This document shows positions 49,592-62,020 of a stretch of 64,000 nucleotides of DNA, one piece after another. Below the pieces are notes generated by a model. It made no database searches. It was not told the DNA's origin and saw only the letters and a program-made list of their open reading frames with translations. The position numbers were made by a program, and so were the translations under genes. Where the stretch lies: positions 186,001-250,000 of the forward strand of contig JAMWBK010000011.1 in the NCBI GenBank assembly GCA_029953675.1, given 5' to 3'. Position 1 is the first letter of the stretch; each line of letters opens with the position of its first letter. This stretch comes from Rhodosorus marinus CCMP1338. Lineage: Eukaryota; Plantae; Rhodophyta.

Positions 49592-50675
49592 ACTGAATGA
49601 ATTTTGTTTACATTAGTAATGTCAGTACATACCTTTTCACCCGCCTTATCTTCATTAGAAACGTTTCTACTAGATAGCCCTCAAAACCACTTACCTTGAA
49701 AAGAATACTTTACGATGCCAACAAAGTGTCTATTCCTTAATTATTGCTCGGATTTCTAAAAACGAATCGGATTTTTCATTAAGACATTTGTTCAAATCAG
49801 ACTATTGTAAAGAAAAACGAATGCAGACCACAAAAAGCATTGAAAAACAATTTGATATGTTTCTAATATATATATGGAAACATATTCGCGCTGCTATAAA
49901 TAGAAACAGAGAAATAAAAATTGACATGATTGGTTAGCTAGTATTGAATTGATTAATAAACGTGCCGTACGTACCGGATGTCGATGTTCATTGTATGATG
50001 ATCAGCATGAGAGTCACCGCCAAGTTGTGGAACCTCTAAGTGAGCTGGATGCTGGTTTCACGACGTGCTTCTTTCAAGTGGATTACGTTGGTTGACCCGC
50101 GAAACAGTCTTGCGAAAACACTGGGACAAAAAAAAAGTAGTGGAAGGTTCCTGAATTTACACGGAGCTCGGTTCCCGCGCAGCTAGCTCTGTTTTCGCTC
50201 AGCTATGGGGCCCAGATTCGTCCTCAGCTTCTGCATGAGCTTTTCCGGGCAAAAGACGCCCTTTTCATTCCTGGTACCCCAATGAAAGCGCGAAAAACAA
50301 AAAAATCAGCCCACCCTTACTCCCCAGCCTGAACGGATTCTCATCGCGGACAGTCAAGCAATAGCTCATTTTCTGACTAGCATCGTGATGCCTATAGCCG
50401 AATTCAGGCGCAAATGGACCCCTTTTCTCAGGAGCCCCCGCCTGTCGCAGACTACCAAAATGATGCTCTTCGAATGGCTGATAATCCGCCTGCAGTGGAT
50501 CCCGTGTGAAAACCTCGAATATGCATTGGACGCCGTCTTTGCGGATGCTTGAGCGTGACATTGCGCTTACATATCCAATACGCTGGCCCTCTTTTCCAAG
50601 AGAAACTGTAATCAGACCGCCCTCTAACTATTGGACTACCCAAACCCTTCCTAGCTCAACGTTTCGACTCCTATC

Positions 50676-50724
50676 GAACGAACGAATGGTTTAATCGGAG
50701 GCTGAAAGAAAAAACCCCGAGGGG
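50676..50724 (-). mobile_element. 49-bp family A terminal insertion with 10-bp TSD GACTCCTATC
   Basis: TSD at 50666-50675 and 50725-50734. Empty homologous sites are at ~44510 and ~54127. Confidence 0.9.
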
Positions 50725-50934
50725 GACTCCTATCTACGCACTGCAAAATCTGGAGTCCTCGTCTCACTCGGAGCGGAGCAACTCACTGACCATGAGATCG
50801 ACTCTGCGGTGTTTTTTGAGTCTCTGATTAAAAACCTTCATTCAGCCAGTGTACCTGACCAAAACCAAACAGGTTTCAGGCTTTTATGGTGAGTTAATTG
50901 GTGTTTTCAGTACTGAATGCGTAAATTATATTCT

Positions 50935-51540
50935 AATCCTCAGGCTAGTCATGTGCCGGCTGCGGGAGAGCGCCGTGGATTTGCCCCTGCCAGTATGAGA
51001 CGTCGCAAACAGTGAAATATGCGGGGGCTTTATCTTCCCCAGGCATTTGTGCTTCGGCTCTAGCTCATCCCCTGGTACATCTGGTAATTGAATGCTTTGG
51101 GTTTCTGGATTCCGTTGGTTCTCGTTGCTTCGGGAAGTGTTCCACGAACGCCCTGACCGCCTGTCCTCGTTGTTTACCCGTTTTAAGTTTCTTGCAGTGG
51201 CGTATGAATGCTGCTTTGATGTTGGAGGCGCGCGGTCTTCGCTGCGCTTAGTCGTTTTTCTCCTCTCGGGGGTTTTTCTTTCAATCTCCGATTAAACAAG
51301 TTCATTCATTCAATCATATTCGTGTACACGTCCAGGTTTGACCAGGACTCGACTGTCCTCGTTGTTTACCCGTTTTAAGTTTCTTGCTGTGGCGAATGAA
51401 CGCTGCTTTGATGTTGGAGGCGCGCGGTCTTCGCCGCGCTTAGTCTTTTGTCTCCCCTCGGGGGTTTTTCTTTCAATCTCCGATTAAACACGTTCGTTCA
51501 TTCAATCATATTCGTGTACACATCCAGGTTTGACCAGGAA
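50935..51540 (+). mobile_element. Family A 3' fragment followed by a ~190-bp tandem duplication of its end and flank
   Basis: Two 3' UTR and tail units, each followed by AATCATATTCGTGTACAC..CCAGGTTTGACCAGGA. Confidence 0.8.
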
Positions 51541-51914
51541 TCGATAGTATTAACTCATAGATATTTTTTAGGTATTGCTGAAGCGATCCGTTGGTGACAT
51601 CGATTTCGTTCGTGCCATTGTGGCTGCCATGGAGCCATACTTAAAGCATAGAGAAGTAGTTCTCAGGTAGGCTTTGGCATACTCTTTTCCATCAACCCAC
51701 GGACACAGACCGCACTCTTAGAAGAGCCATAGTCCAGTATCCTCTTTCGATGCTCTCGGCTACACTCGCTTGTTAACCCTCGCGTCCCGAGAGAACCCGG
51801 AAATAGCCCTACCTAACTACCGCCACTCAAGGAACACATAAACACCATCCTTCCTACGATCTGTGCCTCATCCGGAAGCAATAGAACCTTTTTATTCCAG
51901 GCGCGATCGCTCTC

Positions 51915-52200
51915 TTGGTCCCCCCGCGTTTCTGGGATATTTGGTGTCGCGCGGCGTTTGTCCACCTGCGCATTCCTTCTGGGTCCGCGTCGTTCGTGGA
52001 GGGTGGGTTGCCGCAGGTTCTGAGTAAGTACCGGCCGTTGGCCCTGGAGTTGTTCCGCGAACGCCGTGACACCCTCTCCTCGTTGCTTACCCATTTAAGT
52101 TTCTTGCTGTGGCATATGAACGCTCCTTTGATGTTGGAGGCGCGCTATCTTCGACGCGCATAGTCCTTTTTTCCCCTCGAGTTTTTTTTCAATCATTCAT
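51915..52200 (+). mobile_element. Family A internal-deletion derivative
   Basis: DIW..AFVHLRIPSGSASFVEG (post-RT region) is fused in frame to LFRERRD...LEARYLRRA. Confidence 0.75.
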
Positions 52201-54537
52201 ATCTACCCGAACCAGACTTTCAACTCTTGTAAGAATGCAGCCCAACACAATGCGGACACATCACCACCCGCGCTCTTTCGATCGCCTGTTTAAAAACATC
52301 TAAATTTCATACAATTCCTTCACATTATCCGTATTAAAAACAATTAAAGAAATTAGTTTCCAAACTACTACCTCAGAACAAATAATATTGGCTGATCAAA
52401 GTATCTATTCCTAAATAATGTCGATGGTTTCTCAATACCGTCTCAAAGTATTCATTAAACATTTAATTAAATTAGAATAATTCCAAAAAACGAGGGCATA
52501 GAAAATGATTGGCTAACAGTGTGATATATTTCTATAAATTTTATTACAAAACTATAAATAGAAACCTGGTAAATACCGAGAGGTATGATTGGTTAGCTAA
52601 TATTGAATTGATTATTAAGTGTATTCTATTGTACTCTGATGTTGACGGGATGATCAGGATCAGATTTTCTGTCAGGTTGTGGTGACTTCCCAGTGACGTG
52701 GCTGCCGAGTCATTCAGGGAAGAACAAATGAACAGCTGCATGAGATCACGCTGCGTCTGATAGTATATTTAGTAGAGACAAGTATCGTTTTCTTCCGTCC
52801 ATATATGAAACCAAAAACACCGGATGCGAAACCATTTGAATTCCCTGGCCACTATCCTTGGCAAGAACCCTCCAGCATGTCCGTCCAACTGACATGCCTG
52901 GATTACCTTCCACGAGGCGCTTCATTCGCGTAGCTTAGATTAGTCGACCCGCAAACGGGTCTTGCAAAAACAGCTAGGCTAACGTGTAGAAGGTTCCTGA
53001 CAGTTACCGGATCTCTTTGTACCCCAGCCCAGATACGTGGCCAAGCATCGTCCTCAGCTTCTGCGTTAGCAGGTCCGGGTAAAAACGAAAAGAAGCCCTT
53101 TCCATTCATGGTACTCCAAGGAAAGCAGGGCAAAAAAGACAATCAACCAACCCTCACCCGCGGCAAGAAACCGTCCTCATCGCGGACAGTCAGGCACTAC
53201 ATCAATTGATGAAAGCGATACTCGTCTCACGTAAATCCAAAATCAATCGCAGCATGATCTCACGCAAGTGTTCATTTGTTCTCCCCTGACTGGCTCAGCA
53301 GTCACGTAAACGAGAAGTCCGAGGCAACCACTGAAGTTGCCTGGAGAAAGCTCTTCCGACAATCAACGATACAAAAGTTCTTATCCCCTCCCTTTGCAAG
53401 GTCGTGCTCAATCCTGTCAGATAGAGCTGGCCAGGGTGACAGCGAAGGGGAAGGTGAAGAGGCCGCTGTCGAAGAGGTCATCCGTATCATACAGCTGCTG
53501 CGTGGGCATAAGAGCGACCCCATTAACTCCAACATCCTTTCTGAAAGTACGATTATAGAACGCATTTGAAGAGTTTTGAGAAATTTGTGAGCAAAGATTT
53601 CCAGGAGGGGAGGGTTAACCCGGTAGCGGGGGACCCGTAAGCATTTCCCCAGATAGTGTTCGAGTTAGTGTTACGCTGCAGTAGGCAGCTGCCCAATAAA
53701 GCTTACGGTTACCCCAGAATTCCAACGGTTGGTACGTATCGCGTTACGGGCGCATTTTGACGTTGAAAGAAGTTGGAATCAGCCGCAAGCTATTTAAAGA
53801 CCCTACTTAATAGTAAAGGAGGCTTCACAGGCCTTTGTAATGTTTCTGGGGTATTCAAAGATCACGGCTCGGTCTTCCTGGGATCCTTGCCCGCTCGTGC
53901 GGGGCGCGCTGTCTCAAGCCTTTCGTCTAAACCCAGATAATCCCCTCTGCAGTAGATTCTGAGCGAAAACCTGGAATGTGGATTGGACCCCGTCTTTACC
54001 GAGGGTTGAGCGTCACATTTTCGCGCTTACGTATCCAATAAACTGGCCCTCTTTGCAAAGAGAAACTGTAACCAGGCCACCCTTGAACTATTCGACTACC
54101 CAAACCGTTTCCTAACTCTGCGTTTGGACTCTTATCTACCCACCTCCAAATCTGGAGGCCGGGGGTCTCAGTCGGAGTGGAGCAGATCATAGACCCTGGG
54201 GTCATCTCTGCTCCTTGTACCATCTAGTAATCAACCCGCGAACAGAACACGGCAGAGCATCGAAAACTGGGACATCTGGGGCCCGGAGAGTTCAACGCGC
54301 AGGGTTTTCGTCAGAACATGCACTCGGCTCCATCTTCCCGCAGGGTTGAGCGTCACTTTGTCCAAATTACTCTGAAAAATATTTGTGGGCTCCAGCACCG
54401 TTACCCATCACCTGTCAGGACCAGTTAACGGATACCCGCGAAAGCGAGCTCGCGTCGGTCCCAAACCCATTCCAGCGTAACCCATTCATTCATTCAATAA
54501 AAACAAACACGCATTAGGCTTTTATAGTAAGAGTTAA

Positions 54538-54890
54538 TTGAATGAATGTGTTTAATCGGAGGCTGAAAAAACCCGGAGGGGAAAAAAAGGGCTACGATCG
54601 GCGAAGATCGCGCCCCTCCAACATCAAAGCAGCGTTCATATGCCACAGCAGAAAGCTTAGTCGGGTAAACAACGAAGAAAGACGGTCAGGCGTTCTCGGA
54701 GCAGCTCCCGAAGCCAACGAGAACCCACGGAATCTATCAATCCGAAACACTCAATTATCAACGGGACCAGGCGATGAGCTAAGGCCGAAGCTCGAATTCC
54801 CGGCGAAGACAAATTCCCGGCGAAGACAAAGCCCTCGCATATTTCACTTGCTACGTCTCATAGTGGCTGCGGGGAATCCACGGCGCTCTC
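54538..54890 (-). mobile_element. Degenerate family A 3' fragment
   Basis: 3' UTR, tail and C-terminal codons. Contains an 18-bp tandem duplication near 54795-54830. Confidence 0.8.
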
Positions 54891-56029
54891 CAGAGTTAAT
54901 TGGTCTTACAATATTGAATAAGCAAAAATATATTCATGGTAATTGTACGGTTTGATCGGGCCTCGATAGTATTGATTGATAAATATTCTGGAGTCGTTGG
55001 AGCGAGCCGTTCTTGACGATTTCGTTCGTCCACTGTGGCTACCATGGAGCCATAGTTAAAAGCAGGGACGAGTTCTCTTGTAGGTTTGAATCTTGAAGAA
55101 GGCTCTTCTGTCTGAATTTTTGTCAGTCTTAAGCAGAGCATCGCTATCTCCCCCCAAACCACCAAACCACCACGGTTTCTGCAGACGGAACGCCAAACAA
55201 ACAGCAATACAACGCTAATTGGGCCCAGAAACCAAACTCGGTGATTGAAATGCGAGTCGTGTCGGAGCATGTTCTTTCAACAAATATTGACGCATTCTTT
55301 TGATGTTTCCAATGGACTCCATGAGATATTTCGGGGTTGAGAATTCACCAATGATTTTAATTCTCAACTAACTAGGATCTTAGAACAATACCCTTTCGAA
55401 GCATTACAGAACTAACGATGCGTCTTGCCCAGCCGGATATCTATTTTCAGCACCGTTCTCCGATATGGATTGTGTTCGTAGGGTCGGGCGGCCGCACTCT
55501 CCGGAAAAACTAGCCCCGTGCCATTGGTATGCAATAGCGTGTGCTCTAAGCTGACGAAGTAAGCACGTTGCCCTCCTCCACAAATGGTTCAAATTTATAA
55601 CCTCTGGAACGAAGTACTTCAAAAGCAGTTTGCAATTATCCTGTCCGCTACTCAGCCGGATAGAACTCACAAGTTTATATGTTTCCAGCAGAGCTATCGT
55701 CTAGGGAGTATTTTCGCGAAGTCCGACCGTCTCGATCCCGGCGGGATCTCTTGCTCTGATCCGACCCAACACTAAGGCAGGTCCGTGTGTAAGATATATA
55801 CGGCCAAACGGGGCGTAAGACAATACGGTTCTAAGCATCGTTTTTTGGGATAACCGCTAAGCCTGTCCGACCAGATGCTTGTCCGCAAATGCTCAATGCC
55901 GAGAAATGGGCTACCCAGCATCAAAAGATAACGTTTCTATCGGCGATTCTAAAATGCCGTACCATTTCCCCCTAACTGCTTGTTCAAGCGTCCCAGAACA
56001 AGGAACGCTTATTGCTGGAAACAAATATT

Positions 56030-56970
56030 ATTCGTCTGATGCAAATCTATTATTGGAGGCAGCATTGTCTCATATGAGCAGAACCTTCAGGCTCGGGAGT
56101 CCACTAAACTGAACGTGCCCTGGTGCGAACACTTGTAAGTTGCCTGGAGATCGCTAGTCCGATATTTCTCTTTACAAATGGTGTTTATCCCTTTCCCCTT
56201 TCCGGGCAAGCTCAAGCGTTTCAGGTTTATGGCGTACTCGTTCTTCACCAATCTACGGACAGATCGCAATCTTGGAGGAGCCAAAATCCAGTATCCTCTT
56301 TCGACTCTCTCGACGAGACTCGCTTGCTAGCCATGGTTTCCCGAGAAAACCCGGAAGAAAAATAGCTCTACCTAACTACCGCCCCCAAGAAACCGCAAAC
56401 ACCATCGTTCCCACACCATCTCTTGGCCTCCTCCGCACGCAATAGAGCCAACACGAGTTCCTCCCTCTTCACATTTCTAGAAGAAACACATTTCTCAAAC
56501 AATTTTCTCCTATGATTCCCGCTTGTCGTCATCATAGTATCCCCCAACCCGTTTCCACCCACAGCAAACTCTCCACTAGTGCCGGAAATCGGCCCACCGA
56601 TGCGGACAGTAGTTGTGCTCTTTTTTCCGGGCTCCTTACTTAAAAACATCTCAATTTCATACTATTCCGTCCCGTCAACCTAATAAAAAATACACAACGA
56701 AATTTATTTCCAAACTACTACCTCAAAACAACTAGTATTGGCTGACCAAAATATCTATTCCTAAATACTTTCCACGGTTTCTCAATATCCCTCGAATTAT
56801 TCATTAAAACTTTTCTTCGGATCAGAATAATTTCGAAAAAAGAACACCGCCGTCATTGGCTAACAATTTGATATATTTCTACGAAAAATAGTATATATTG
56901 CTATAAATAGAAACAGAGTTGTAGAGGTTGAAATGATCGGTTAGCTAATATTGAATTGATTATTAAAATG
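56030..56970 (-). pseudogene. Remnant of the hydrolase 5' region and AT-rich upstream module, without the hydrolase ORF (similar remnant at ~51700-52620)
   Basis: Similar to 30960-32060 and 48910-49960. Confidence 0.65.
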
Positions 56971-57916
56971 TGTATCGGATTTTCGGATGTTGATGGTCAC
57001 GACGAGAGTCGCTGTCAGGTCAGGCTGTGTGAGGGCAGGGGTTGATTGGGTGGGGTTGGAATGGATGCTGTAAGTGCGGGGTGTGCTATGAGAAACGTCT
57101 AATCTTCAGTCTTTTTTTGGTATTTTTAAAAGGTTCTTCGTGGGGCTTTATCGGTGCCGCACTTCTCCGTGGGTGGGCTAGGGTTGGGGCTTAGACTAAC
57201 GGGGTACGGGCCACCCCTCTCCAGCAGGCCGTCTCCCCCAAAACGGTTTGGTCTAGGCTGATGAATGAAGGTCCGTGCGTAAGATATATCATTGTAAACT
57301 GGGGGTAAGACAGTACGGTTTCTAAACATCGTTGTTTTGGATAACCGATGAGTCCGAGTCCATGCCTGTCCGACCAGATGCTTATCGCAAAAAAATGTTC
57401 AATGCAGAGAAATGGGCTACACATCATTACAAGATAAAGTTTCTATCGGTGGTCCTAAGATGGGGCGGGGAAAAACTAAACCTCCATCAAAAACGTAGTG
57501 GAGTCCTGGTGTCCTTTCTTATTGAAATTTTTTCGGATGTCCTGCTTATCCGCGCTTGGTCCGGTCCGTTCCACGGACAACAGCCCGCTTCGGGAATTTG
57601 GATTATTGACTCATAAGCAACCGACAGCTTTGACGTTAATTTCTTTTGTTCAGTATTTACAGCACTTATCGCCTAGTTGTCAGCTTACTGCAGTTTGAGG
57701 TTGCTCTCCAAAAGTGACTGACCGGCGTTTGCCAAGAATAGTGTTTGACGTTTATCTCGAAGTCAGCGTGGATCGAGGTCGCAATGTCTATGTTGTATAG
57801 ATATAGACCCATCCTGCCTAACTCAGGTTGATACAGCTTGGTGCGCTAGATGATCGAGTTGAGATGTCGATGAACACAGTGAGAATGGTGAAAGTTACAA
57901 CGAGCGTCGTAGAACA

Positions 57917-58588
57917 ATGACAACAGAGAAAATGGAAAAAAAGTCGGGTACAAAGGGGGGACACAGGGAGGGCGATAGGGAACGAGTAGGCACAGCATGT
58001 TCAATACTCAGGTTGCTCGAGAGGACTATGCAGAGGAACGCCGTGATGTTCGTTCCAAACTTGGAAAGTTGCGAGCCCAGCATGATATTCTACTCATCTA
58101 CGAGACCAAGAGTATCTTTGAAGGTCTTCCTGTTCAAGATTTTCAAGTACCTGAATTGCCCACGTTCGGTCTTCGTTCACGCCTTGGCACTGATGGATCG
58201 GCTTGCCACGGGGGATGACCAGCTGAAGTTGAACGAATACAACGTCCATAGACTCTTCCTCGCCGCGGTACTACTGTCCGAAAGGCACTTTGCTACTGGG
58301 CAAAATACTATCAAGATTCTATCCATTGTCGCGGGAATCTCTACCATCGAGCTCACCGCGATTGAGACTATGTGCTTGGAGATGCTTGAGTACCGGACCG
58401 ACGTCGATCCAGTTCTTTACAAAGCCTACGCGGATCGCGTACGGGATGCTTCAGTCAGTGCCCGCAAGAGTGACCTCAGGACGAAAGTGGAGAAACAAAA
58501 CCTAAGGCACGCCGAAAAGGACGCTCTGCGACGTGCCCGGCGTCTCATCTCCGCTAAAGCAAATAGTTTTGATATTAACTTCAACTAA
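57917..58588 (+). CDS. PHO80/cyclin P/U-like cyclin
   Basis: PRVSLKVFLFKIFKYLNCPRSVFVHALALMDRL...NVHRLFL...GISTIELTAIE..L..LEYR follows the PHO80-like cyclin box. Confidence 0.8.
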   Translation: MTTEKMEKKSGTKGGHREGDRERVGTACSILRLLERTMQRNAVMFVPNLESCEPSMIFYSSTRPRVSLKVFLFKIFKYLNCPRSVFVHALALMDRLATGDDQLKLNEYNVHRLFLAAVLLSERHFATGQNTIKILSIVAGISTIELTAIETMCLEMLEYRTDVDPVLYKAYADRVRDASVSARKSDLRTKVEKQNLRHAEKDALRRARRLISAKANSFDINFN

Positions 58589-59760
58589 TCATAGAATACG
58601 ATGTATGTAACTTAATAAATTTATTTTACTTTCACAATCAATGAGGACAGACCAACTTGTATTTTTTAGTGCTGTACCGTCCCGTGAGGAATGTGTAAAC
58701 ACACCAGGAGCAGGCACAGGCTATCCGGACCATTGCGAATGTGCACTCTTCGCTGTTCTTCCCCAACGACAACTTGCATACTTCGATTCTGATTGCGTCC
58801 CCAAGTCTGCTGGTTTCGTCGTCACCCGTGTATTCGGAGGACTCACCCGAGCACGATCCCTCTTCAGAAAACGAAGGGACCACGTCATATTCATTGGCTT
58901 ACGTGTAAAACCTTACAGTATTGTTACCCAATAACGTACAGAAACCCTCTCAACGTCCTAAATATTTCACCAATATATGATATTTGAAGATGAACTCTTT
59001 AATTTCGAGGATCATCTTACGATTCTATCCAATCATCCCGGCTCACACTTCTGACTTAACCCAATTAAAACTCGATTCCGCTATTATAATAGAAAGTCAG
59101 GCGTCAACCCCCGGCCGTCGTTGACCCTTCCAAAGACGCCTCTTATTGTCTTCATCAATCAATTCATTTCACCATAAACATCAATAATTCAATTATATAA
59201 CGACTAGAAAACAAAATTTATTTCGTTATTACAATAACTAAAAAACTTAGTTGATTGATACTTTGATTTGTTTAAATTATCTCAGGTATGACAGATAAAT
59301 AAATGAAGGGAATTTGTGCCAGCAGTGGGACTGAATGGATACTTTTTTATCGACTTAACGAAGGGGATGGACATCAATCGGGTGGCATCCACGGTTTCCA
59401 TGTAGCTGAAAACGGGCTTTGCAGTTGGAAGCGGGTTGATCTAAAGGTGGACCTGGTATCTTGGAGGTGGGTGTGAAGGCTTACTAGCTGAACTTTTAGG
59501 CAAGTCTATTCCACCGCTCAGTGATTGAGGACTGGTCCCCCTGGACTGTTTTTCGGTCGTGGAACGCAGACGAAGGGGTGGATAAGGAGCGTCAGCAGGG
59601 AGCGTATGGGCGCCCTGGGGCTTGTCTGAAGAGAGGGGAAGGGTAAAGGATAAGGGTCGCAAGAGCACAAAACGGTGATCCGATGCGGGTTGGAAGCGGA
59701 TAAGCGTGTTTCCTTGAGTGATTGGTTTTGTAGATTTGTAAAGTGTGAAGGTTTGGAAGG

Positions 59761-62020
59761 ATGCTGAAAGGACTGTTTGGAGGGGGGGGAAAGGGTGACG
59801 AGGATGGTGACTTTTTGTCCGCTGGTGAGGATCAGAAGGGGGGTGGCGATGGAGGTGGGTATGGAGCCGGAGGTGGAGGTGGAGGTGGAGGTGGAGGAGG
59901 TGGGCTTGGCTTTGACCCGCGGGGGTTGGAGAGGGCTGCGAAAGCTGCAAAGCAGCTGGATTCGAGCCCAAATGCCAGGTCGGCGTTGGATCTGGTTAAG
60001 GAGCAGGAGAGAACGAAACAGGCGGACTCCAATGCCAAAGCAGCTGAGATGAGCGCGTACGCAAAGCAACTAGAAATAAAGAGGCTTCATGAGGTGAGGA
60101 TCCCTTGCTTCCGTTCGGGCCTGACTGCGGGTGAGTTGACTTGCTCACCCGATATGGATACGTTTCTCTTGAACACGAACGCAGCAAAGCGAGGAGCAAA
60201 GGAAGACCCTGGAAGCTCAGACGCAGAAACAGCAGCAGCTCGAACAGTACAAGGATCAACTCGAGCGAAAGCGTCAAAACGACGCCCTGAAACAGCAAAT
60301 CTCCGCTCAGCAGTACTTGAAGGAGGAGGAGAGAAGAAAGGATGAAGAGGCAGTCAGCAGACAGGAAGCCATGCGGAGAAAAACCCTGGAATACGAAGCA
60401 GAGCTTAGACGATCCACCGAGCTTGCCAAGGTTGGCAGCCACGTTCATCTCGGGCCCAAAGCAGCTCTGATCGCTGAGAAATTCCTTCCTCTAAACGCGC
60501 ACATAGGTCAAGGCAGAAGCTGAAGGTAGAATTCTACAGGAACGAAAAAATCAGGACATAAGAATGTCCGAGCTGAGAACATCTGCTCGCGAGTACCGGC
60601 GGACTGTCATCGAAGCGATTCGGGCTGCAGGATCGACAATTGGAACTGGTAAGCAGCACTCTATGAGCAAAGGGGGATGGCAGCTTCCACCAGATTCTGA
60701 TAAGCGCGAGCTTTTCAAAACCAGGTTTTACGGAGTTCATCAGCGACAGAGAGAAGCTGACGGCGTCAGTGCTAACGCTCACTGGACTCGCGTTCGGATT
60801 CTACGCAGCGAAGGTAATTTCCTCCCCCTACACTCACACCCAGATCACAAAGCGCCCAGGACTTTAGCTTAAAAGTCTCTAAACATGGCTAGGTCGGCAC
60901 CGGAGTAACTGGTCGGTACGTGGAGTCAGTCTTAGGAAAGCCGTCTTTGATCCGAGAAACTTCAAGAACGAGCCCGTTGGACATTGTTCGGAGGCCGGTT
61001 GGGTTTTTGAGAAGCCAATCGAGGGCGTCCAAGCCAGATTCTGCATTGGAAGGACTTGTTCTCAAGGAAGAACTGGACAAAAACCTTCGAAGGATCGCCG
61101 TCGCCGCGGCGAACACGAGGAAGAACAGCGCGCCGTTTAGAAATGTCCTTCTGCAGGGTCCTCCTGGCACCGGAAAGACCCATTTTGCTAAGGGTGAGTT
61201 GACCAGCGCTCCAAGTCGACTGCTTACTTCTCGATCAAGCCTCTTAACCTTGGGATTGCTCATGCTCAGGGCTGGCAAGGTACTCCGGGCTGGAGTACGC
61301 GATCTTCACCGGTGGAGATATTGCACCACTGGGGAAAGATGCAGTGACGGAGATTCACAAGATCTTCGAGTGGGCGTCGAGGTCACGGAAGGGCCTTCTG
61401 CTGTTCCTCGACGAGGCGGACGCATTTTTGAGGAGACGATCAACTGAGCGTATTAGTGAAGACTTGAGGAGTGCGCTTAATGCGTTTCTGTTCAGAACAG
61501 GAGAACCTAGCGATCGTTTCATGCTTGTTTACGCGTCCAACCAACCGGAGCAGTTTGACTGGGCCGCGAACGACCGTATAGATGAGATTGTCACTTTTGA
61601 CTTACCAGGTGAGTTGATTCTTTAGAATCTGGAACGCTGCTCAGCCGAGGCTGAGTATCTTTGGTGGCTATCGCTTGATCAGGGAGAGAGGAGAGGCTAA
61701 GGATGATCAAGTATTACTTTAAAAAGTACGTCGAAGCAGCCGCGAGCGGAGCCAGCACTCGAATCAAGCTTGATGGCATCACTGAGGAACATTTTGTGGA
61801 AGCGGCGAAGAGGACGGAAGGATTTTCAGGAAGAGAGATTGCGAAGTTGGGTATCGCCTGGCAGAGTGCAGGTTACGGAACCAATGAGGCAAGGATGACT
61901 CCAGATTTGTACATGATGGTCCTCGATGCTCAAGTAGGACAGAAGCTACTCAAGTCTGAGTGGCGAGTGGCTGCGGAAGGGACTGCATCACATCGACAAG
62001 AGGCTGTCGCATCAACCTAA
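59761..62020 (+). CDS. ATAD3: ATPase family AAA domain-containing protein 3, 7 exons: 59761-60093, 60185-60430, 60507-60648, 60725-60813, 60893-61193, 61270-61608, 61683-62020
   Basis: [15 protein letters not shown]-terminal domain, coiled coil, TM segment, [11 protein letters not shown], Walker [18 protein letters not shown] and Walker [12 protein letters not shown]. All six introns are GT-AG and keep the frame. Confidence 0.95.

Noticed and set aside
58638-58987. Short ORFs between the cyclin gene and ATAD3
   Set aside because: No motif, homologue in the window or clear splice structure to support a call.
59441-60448. Minus-strand ORFs 59441-59971, 59518-60069 and 59996-60448
   Set aside because: Antisense shadows of the Gly-rich, purine-rich ATAD3 exons.
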